In this document: piece after piece, positions 1-8,800 of the stretch
Position numbering within the stretch: position 1 is the first letter of the stretch
Layout of the letters: each line of letters starts with the position of its first letter
Origin: Guillardia theta CCMP2712
Lineage: Eukaryota > Protista > Cryptophyta
Length of the DNA: 64,000 bases
Direction: 5' to 3'
Assembly: GCF_000315625.1 (NCBI RefSeq)
Contig: NW_005434655.1
Coordinates: 884,259-948,258, forward strand
The notes under the pieces: generated by a model
Told to the model about the DNA's origin: nothing
Database searches by the model: none
What the model saw: only the letters and a program-made list of their open reading frames with translations
Translations under genes and position numbers: made by a program

Positions 1-254
1 AACAGTCTCCCTCCCTCCCTTCATCTCATCGCAACATCTTCATGGATTGCCGGCCCGTGTCCCTAGCCAGGTCCCTAGCAGGCAACTCGTTACCACATCT
101 ATAGTCAAAATCTTTTGTTGTAGTGAAATATTGCATGCCCATAGTCAATATACACATCGTGATCATAATAGTCAAAACATTTGCATGTGTATAGTCAATA
201 TTTTTACCTTCCATGCTGCAACCACATGCGAGGATAAAGATGTTATGGAGATGT

Positions 255-357
255 TTTGAACACGTTTTGAACACGTTATGAACATGTTATGAAGATACTA
301 TGAAGATACTACGAAGATACTATGAAGATACTACGAAAATACTTTGAAGATGCTATG
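255..357. repeat. Degenerate 11-bp tandem repeat (GAAGATACTAT / GAACACGTTAT variants)
   Basis: Directly visible tandem units that drift in sequence along the array. Confidence 0.7.
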
Positions 358-822
358 TTACGACGAGGTTGATTCGTAGGTTCATTCATGCTCAAGTTCA
401 GGGTCGGGTATGGTGAAGCGAGATTCAAGGAGAAGGTAGAAGAAAGTGAGGAATGGATACAAGGAGGGAAGGGAACGAGGTTATTCGAGCATGTGGTGGG
501 TCCAGGGGAGAAAGAAATCAATACGGTGATGACGAAGATTGCATTCAGTTCGAATGCATGCGAGAAAGACGTGCAGAACTGAGGGGCGATGTTCCAAAAT
601 CTGAAACCACTCAACTATTATGGCAAAGATTGGTATGTGGTCAACACGTGAACCGAAGAGTTTTCATTAAATCATTTCATCTCATGTAACTACTGTACGA
701 TGGAAAACACTGTTCAATATACAACACAAATCTCAACAACCGAGGGCCAGTAGAGAAAACAGCAAACTGCCAATCACTCCTCGCTTTGGCCTCTCCTCGA
801 ACAAGTTCCAGGATCTTGCCCT

Positions 823-3800
823 TCACTCGCACCTGACGTTTCTGAACACAACATATCGTTTGTGCCCGACGACAGACTTGAGCATCATGACCTCTTTGAG
901 CACCAGCTGGATCTCGCAGACATGCCCCGACAGTCCCAGCCTCTTGGACTCGCTCGAGTGGATCCTCAAGTTCATCGCCACGTCACGGTACCCGGCCGAC
1001 CGGTCGGAGCGGTAGTGAAGGTCAAGTCTGTTCTTGATGCGGATGATCTCCAGCTCGGGGTCGCTCATGATGGCTCGGAGGCAGGAGCAGAGGTCCTCGA
1101 CAGCCTCGAAGACGACGCATTGCCTCGCTACGTCCACCAGCAGGGAGACCTCGCAGTTGTAGGACCGAGAGAGTTTCTCGATCGCTCGGTCCACTCCCTT
1201 CAACTTGGCGAACTTGATCTGCTGCACTAGGCCCTGCGCCTCTGCCTCCTCCATCCGGATGAAGGTCACCTTGTGCTCTTGCTCCTGCCCCGGCGAGTTG
1301 AGCACGAACAAGCCGTTGGAGGCTCGTGACAGCGCGATCGCCTTCTCTCGCAAGTGCTGCTCCAGCAGAGCAGCCTGCGCGTAAAGCTGATCCAGCGACC
1401 TTATCCTCCTCCCATCCAGGCCCTCCTCCTGCCCTCTCCTCCACCAGGGCACGTGCACGCTCCTCAGCATGGCAGTGAGCGGAGGGGCGGCGGTCTGCTG
1501 GGGCACGAAGAGATTCTCCCCGGGCCCGTCGATCCTCCGCACAGTCTGTACGATCTTGTCGGACTGCCTGATGGATGCGGCCAGCTGTGCGAGCTCGTCG
1601 AGGGCCTTGAGGGAGGACGGCTGGGATACCAGCTGGTCCCAGACCTCGTCGTACTGGCGCTTGTCACCCTCGACGTCTCGCCGTGACTGGTAGATGATCT
1701 TGGTGCGAAAGAAGAGGAAGACAACGGCGACACACATGACGATGCTCGGACCGGGGGGAAGTCGATGGCGGATCTCCTGATGATGAGGAAGTTGTTGACG
1801 AGCATGCCTGTCATGGTGGTGAAGAAGAGGACGGGAATGAATGGGGGAATCAAGCTCTCCTTGAAGATCAGTATAAGTCCCAGCAGAGTGAACATCACCG
1901 CATACACCCACACGTAGAAACTGTCCCAAGGCCTCTCAGACGAGAGTTGTCCCGTCGCTGCCGTAAACTCCAAGACGCTCACCATCAACCCGACGGTCAA
2001 CCCGTAGGTCATGCGCGCGGCGTGCACGTGACCGGCGACTGCGAGGAGGCAGGTGGCGAGGACGAAGTTGCCGTCGAAGAAGTGACCGTAGACGACGATC
2101 AAGATGCTGTACCAGGGCACCTGCAGGTCCACCTGATTCTCAGCTCCGCGGATCAAGTTGGTGTCGTACTTGTCGCCTTCGATGAAGGTGCAGGTGATCT
2201 CGAGGAAGACCCACCGGCAGACTGACCCTGACACGTACTTCCACGAACTCTCCTCCACCAGCCATGGCGCGTCGGTTGCCTGACGGTCGAGCACATGCAG
2301 CTCGAACTTGACGGGGTCAAGGTCTTGGCTGTCCGCCTGCAGCAGCGTGGAGAAGGTCCAGCCGTTGGCTGTGATGGGGCTGGGGATGCTGAGGTACAAG
2401 TGGCGACCGCGAGTGACTGTAGCGACGCCCGTCGTTGGCAGGTCGACTGGACAGCCGTCGAGCTTGAACCCGAGAGTGCCGACACGAGGGCCGATTGCGT
2501 CCGTGGCGAGGGAGCCGTTGCGGTACTCGATGGCGGTGAAGCGAGCATGGTAGGCCTGAAACTTGCTGTTGTGCATGGAGGCTTTGAAGCTCTCAAAGGT
2601 GCGGTAGTAGTAGTAGATGGCAAAGAGGAACAAGATTCCATGCACTATCGGCTTGCCGAGAGCGTGAGTGGTAGGACGAGAGGTGAACCACACGCTGACC
2701 GTCGCTGCTGTCTTGACCGCAAGTCGCTCCTCATTGAGACGATTGTCTAGGACGCTTCCGGGGTAGTAGCAGCGATGCATGAGCAGCTCCTGCTCTCGAG
2801 GGGGGATGACAGAGTTCACATCCTCGTTTGGTATGATAGTCACGACTGACAGAGCCCTCTGCCTCCTCCTTCCCCCCATGGACAACCAGCCCCTCTCGTT
2901 GAGGTCCTGGGTAAGGGAAGACACGTTGGGTGCCATGATCTGGAGGTACGAGCGTCGCCGCAGGGTTTGATGTACGCTGCTGTGAATCACAAACTGAACG
3001 TGCTCGAGGACGAGTCGGCAGACAAATCCTCTCACACAGCTCTGAACTGCGCTGTCAGTCTTGAAGCGGAAGTAAATTTTACAATCTCGGTATCCGGCAA
3101 GTTTTCTGGATCCGTCCTGCTTGTCAAAGTGATTGTGAATCTCGACGATGGAGATGTCTGTATCCCCAGCCATGATGCTGATACACTTCTTCAAGCTCGG
3201 CAGGTCAGAGAAAACAATCCTCTGAGTCACAAGGTCGCAAGCTTTCGAGACATCCCAATCATAACGAGTCGCTATGTCATCTACAACTTCATCCACATTC
3301 TTGATCTTCTCCCAGCGCACTTTGTTTCTGACACTCTCGTTGGCGAGAGCGTCTGCTGCATGAACAAACTCTCCTTCCGAAGTTGTGCAGAGCTGACCAT
3401 CACACTGAGCAGCGAGCTGCAGAGTCTTGTGGTTGAGGATGGGGTAGACTGCAACGGCCTGACAGTACAACTGATCGAGAGAATCGACGTACATGGAGAG
3501 GTTTGTGTTGTCTATCGAGATCAATTTCGGTGCATTCAGACCCTGACCCGGCCCTGCCCTGATAGGTGATAGCGAGCTGCTTGTAAGAACAAAGCTGTTG
3601 AGGTGTCTAAGACCGTAAGTCTGCTTGTCGCTGTTGTTGTCATTCCATCGACTGATCAGCATCTTCATCTCATTCAACTCCTCCTCCGCCTCCTTGCTAG
3701 ACGACATCTTGCTCCACAGAGCACTCAGCTGAACGAAATCCTCCTTCACACTCCGCCTGCAATCCTTCTTCACTTGCTCGATGTATACAATCATCCAACA

Positions 3801-5412
3801 AGAAGCTGCGGCTATGACAAGGCTTATGACCGGAACATCTCCCAGCACCAAGGAACATGTCGCTAGGATGATGCTGCAGATCAGAGCTGTCGGGAAGACC
3901 GTTGGTGGGCTGAATAACCCCCAAGCTGGGAAGAAGATCATCGTCTGGAGAGAGAAGTCAAAGCAAGGTAGAAGACAAAGCAAGGTAGAAGACAAAGCAA
4001 GGTAGAAGACAAAGCAAGGTAGAAGACAAAGCAAGGTAGAAGACAAAGCAAGGTAGAAGACAAAGCAAGGTAGAAGACAAAGCAAGGTAGAAGACAAAGC
4101 AAGGTACACGACAAAGCAAGGTAGAAGACAAAGCAAGGTAGAAGAGGAAAAGGCAAGAAGAAGGAGAGAGGATGAATGCAGGCGAAGATGGGAGGGCAAG
4201 GGGATCAAATAGGAAGAAGATGGGGAGAACGATGGATTGGAATGAAACAGCTGAGGGAAGAAGAAGACAAAGAGAGGAGAAGAAGAGAGGATTGATATGT
4301 TTGCATCACCGTCAGCGCCTCGATGAGAATGGTCCTTACGTCATACCCAGCAATGGATACCACATGGTTTTCTCGATACAGCGCGACAAACGCGACGATT
4401 TGCAGCACGCTGCGGACAAAGCTGCTGGTAGCCAAGATCTGAAGAATGACTCTAGTCAGTTGTCAGTATTCATGATAGCCGAGCACACCATTATCGGTAT
4501 TCCGTAGAAATCTAGCAGGGCAACCAGTGCAGCAACGATTGTCATGGAGCCTTCTATCAGCATTGCGATGAGGACTAGGTACTGACCGTAGGTACACGAG
4601 AGGGTCGAGAAGTCGAACTTCACATCCTCTAGCCTCTTGAGAGGAGTAGGAAAAGAAAAGTTCTTGTGCTTCACAACGTCTCGCTCATGTTTGCTGCCGC
4701 ACACCCACGGCAGACCCACCTCGTCCCACCGGTCCCCGTCCTTGGACGTCTCAAGCCTGAAGTCGATGGGATCTGCTTCTATGCTAAGGTTGTTGGTAAC
4801 GAAGTACCACCCGTCAAAAGTGATCTCTCGTTCAAACCTCAGTACGATGCTGTTCTGCGAGTACTCATAGCTCGCCCGGTCTGATTTCACTTTGCAATTG
4901 TTCTGCAGGGCGCCGAAGTCATGCACGAACGCCGTCGACGAGGTGATGCCCATGCTGCCATGTTTTCCTCGGAAGGTGTGAACATGGAGGCGAAAGAATC
5001 GCGAGCTCCGAACCTCATGGTTGCCAACCTGAGAGAAGGGCAGGAACGCGCTCCCATGGCTTGTCAATGCGAATAGCATGAGGACCCCAGAGCAGAGCAA
5101 GAGGATCTGAATCGACCTCAGAGTCACCAGAGCATGCAGCGGTCTTGCAGATGAGATTATCCTCTTGATGTCCTTGCGGTACACCGTTGTCTGACATGCC
5201 ATGAGATGCGTCTGAAGATAGTCTCCTGGCCTTTGCGCAGCATATCGCAAGAACTCATCTCGAATCTCTTCCGTGTACATGTCAAGGTTGTGTCTAACGC
5301 CCTCTTCACCATGTCCTCTCTCATCGTCTCCTTGCCTTGAAGTCTCTGCATGTCTATCACGGGCTAGGACGATGTCCGACGAGGCTTCGCATGTTTCATC
5401 GCCTACTCGCAT
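823..5412 (-). CDS. Multi-pass membrane protein with internally duplicated module: [TM - discoidin/F5-8C-like loop domain - TM bundle - RelA/SpoT-like nucleotidyltransferase domain] x2
   Basis: Exons 5412-4489, 4438-4310 and 3944-823 join through phase-0 GT-AG introns, with one homopolymer frameshift at ~1753-1758. The C-terminal domain has RelA/SpoT synthetase-type motifs KLKGVDRAIEKL, DVARQCVVF, GYRD, CEIQL and GHKRY. A degenerate copy (KIKNVDEVVDDI, DLVTQRIVF, GYRD, CRLVL) lies at ~3000-3320. Two homologous loop domains: FDGWYFVT..ADPIDFRLE and ANGWTFST..LDPVKFELH. Confidence 0.75.
3958..4146. repeat. 18-bp minisatellite (AAGACAAAGCAAGGTAGA, ~10 copies) inside an intron
   Basis: Near-perfect tandem units within intron 4309-3945 of the RelA/SpoT-like gene. 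Confidence 0.9.
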
Positions 5413-5867
5413 TCTTGTCGTTTCGACCCTCCCTACGGCTCTCCGATTGCGTTCCTGAGCAAACTGGGCGAAAACACGATTCAGTATTCAAATGTTACCA
5501 GTTATTTTCAATGTTTCATAGAAGATTTAATGGACAAGAGGTCGCAAGGCATCAGGTGGGGTTCGACAGAGATAAGTCACTTTACTGAGCATGACCCCTT
5601 GTTCATTACCAGTAGTGATTCTGTACCATATTTTTATACTCAATATTTTCAATTCTGAAATCTGTACCAATGGTACAATTTATAGAATATTTATAATGCT
5701 CCATGGTCGGATACCCCCCTCTTCCCCTCACTTTACTTTGCTCCTGCTCACCACCCCTCCTCAGGGAACCCCTGTCCTCTTCGACCACCCGCTCTTTCCC
5801 CCTTGATCACCCCACCCTACTGGGTTCCCGGCATCCCATCGTATCTTTGCTCGGATCGCATCGCGCC

Positions 5868-8800
5868 ATGGGCTGGCCTTGTTCGGACTGTGCGGTAAAA
5901 CATGCTCTTCCTCCTCCCTGCTCCTCCTGCTCCCTCACGATCCTCCTCCCTCGCAATCCTCCTCTCTCTCATAGGCTGATTGCTCTCCTCCACTCCCTCC
6001 CCCACCACCTTCGCTTGCTTCTGCACCATCGACATTGACTGCGGCATTGCTCCTCCTCATCGTGCTTACTGAAAGAGAGCCCTCGCACCCTCCATGCAAT
6101 CTTGCTGAGGATAGTTCAGATCGTCGTCGAAGAAGGATCTTCCGACGGAGGATGCTGCGTGAGCTTCAAACATTCAATTTTGCTCCAATCTGATTGTTCT
6201 TTTCCCATGGCTGTGACGAACGAACCGAAGGCTGTAAGTTGACTCTTGTACACTTGACACCTGCCCGGACAGCTGACGATGTTCTTTGCTTCACTTACTG
6301 ATCTGGTTGGCATCAACAGTGGGTAAGTGATGACATTCCTTGGACGATTTTGAAAGTTTCTTTCTCCTTTGCGATCGACGGTTTTCGACGGAACTTCACA
6401 TCAGCGAGTGAGTGCGATGCGATTCACGAGATCGAACTTACGTTGTCTTTACCTCCTGGACATGCTATTCCTGTTGTTGCGACTATCAGACGGTATGTCT
6501 ACCCAACCTCATCGTTGTTCATGCACTGACAAGAGACTCCTACCTGTGCTCACCATTTATCTCTGTCGTCTTTGGGATCAGAGTGTGAGCTGTTCTCTTT
6601 ACGGTGTAGCTCATCTCTGACATCCGATCTCGTTTGCTCCTCGTCGTCCTCCATGATAGTCGGTAAGAATCGTCTTGCAAGCTGCGACTGACAGAGTTGA
6701 AATGATGTCACAATGTTTTTCGGTTTGATCTGACCTTTGTTCTCATGGTTTTGCAGCAAGTCAGAGTCTTTGTCTGTGTTAAGATAAGCAATTGACTCTT
6801 TGCTTTCTCTTCTCTGCATGTTGCACCTGCTGTTCTCACGGGAAAAGGCGGTAAGTCACGAAATAGTCTGCTTCCACTCCTTCCTCATCGCACCCTCAGT
6901 ACGTCTTCACGCCGGGAGAGGAGGGGAAATGCGACTTGTGCGGCAAGGAGGAGAAGGATCATCGCACAGAGCACAAGTTCTGTCCTGTGAGAGCCAATCT
7001 TTTTCATCATACGAACGATGCAAAGTTCTTGACTGACTCATTCTGATGCCGCAGCTCGTACGCGTCTTTGCTCTTGTTGTGTTCCTCTCTAACATGATTC
7101 TTCTCGGATGGACGCTACATTGGCCTTCATGTCATGTGCAGCGAGTAAGAAGCAGATTGATTCTGCTGAGACTGTGTTGACTCTGTTTGTTCTCCAACTC
7201 TGCGAAACATCTTCTGTGATTAGCGAGTGAGTTTGCAATGTTGTATCGTCTGTCCATTGAGTTTGATTTCCTTTCTTTCCGCACTCAATCAACGATTGCT
7301 GGTCATTAGCGGGTGTGCTGTCTTACATCTCCTTTGCTGTTCACTGACTCTATGACGACGACGACGATGACGATGACGATGACGACGACGACGACGATGA
7401 TAATGATGGCGATGGCGATGATGGCGATGATGATAAACTTGACTTCGACTTCATTGTACTTTGGACAACAGGCGGTGAGTCTTGTCTGGCTCAAAGCATG
7501 TCTCAACTGATGGATTGTTCTGTGCAGACGGTAAACCTTGTAAGACGATCTTCATGAGCGCTCACTTTTTTATCTGATGGTTGACGCAACTCGTGATGAT
7601 GTTGCAGCGAGTGAGTGACCCGATCGTGATCTCTACGACACGTGCAGCTAACTTCTTTGACTCTTTGCTTTCGTTTCACTTTCAATTTCATCGGAAATCT
7701 GAAGAGAGTGATATTGATTTCTTGCGATGTCTGCAAGCATGTCTGACGCTCCTTTTTCTCTACTGCGATGACGATTATGCGACGGGCAGCAAGTAATGAC
7801 TTCGATTGCTGTCTTTCCTGCAACCATGCAAAGGGTTCTGAACGAGTTTGCAGAATGTGATAATCTTCAACTTTCAAATCAATTCGCTAATCCATGTTGT
7901 CGGATGATTCATTCTTCGTCTCCGGGAAACAGCGAGTAAGATTATCCTGTGCTTGTACTTTGCAATGTCTGTGGTTGTTTCTGGTACTCGATTGACCTTG
8001 TTCGCAGCGTGTAAGATCCTTGCTCTATCCCTCTTGCCTCCTTTTTGCATTCTCTTCATTCTTGTAATCACTGTGCAATGATGTTCTTTTGGTTGTTTCC
8101 TCCGGCATAAAGACGGTAAGAGCTTTGCTATATTCTGATTTCACGATGTTAATGTTGTCTTTTTACACAACAACCTGCTACAATGCCAGTCGGTACGATC
8201 GCGATGCACTCTGTATCAACGGTCTCTGACGTTTGCATTTTTGAACTGCGATTTTCCTCCTGGTGCGGGACTGAGGAGAGTAGATGGTGAGTAAGAAATC
8301 ATTCTTCAAACTCTGTTGTTCCTCTAATTTTTCTTGTGGATGATGTCTCGTTGTTGACTTTCAACTCAGATGGTGAGTGGAGAGGGAGAGAGTCTACAAG
8401 ACAACTTGTGATTGATGCTTTTCCGTCACATCCATCGCTTGTCTTCCTTGTGGTCAGGCGGTGAGAAACTTTGAAGCACGAGAATCGTACTGAAAGTTTC
8501 GAAATTCTTTTTGAACTTCTCTTGCTGCAGGATGTAAGTACAAGTTCTTGATTTTATTCTTTGTGAAAGATCGTTTTTCCCACTTATAATCTGTCATACA
8601 ACAGACGGTACCATTATAAACTTGAGCTCTTCAGCGCATTTCTAGAGAATGACTTGTTTGTTTTCTTACTGTGTGATGGCTACATCATCGTACAAAGGCG
8701 GTGAGTGAATGTATGATGCGAGTGTTCTGTTGATATTTGTTGTAAAACGACAAGTGATGACAATGAAATAGGCGGTGAGTTCGACAGATTTCTGTCGTTT

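Noticed and set aside
3945-4208. Hydrophobic repeat N-terminus (LCLLPCFVFYLALSST)n of ORF 1464-4208
   Set aside because: Translation of an intronic 18-bp minisatellite.
5975-6158. Longer open exon 5975-6158 as the second Roco exon
   Set aside because: It ends in phase 1, incompatible with the phase-0 microexon/ZnF chain. Exon 6120-6158 fits instead. The 5' structure remains tentative.
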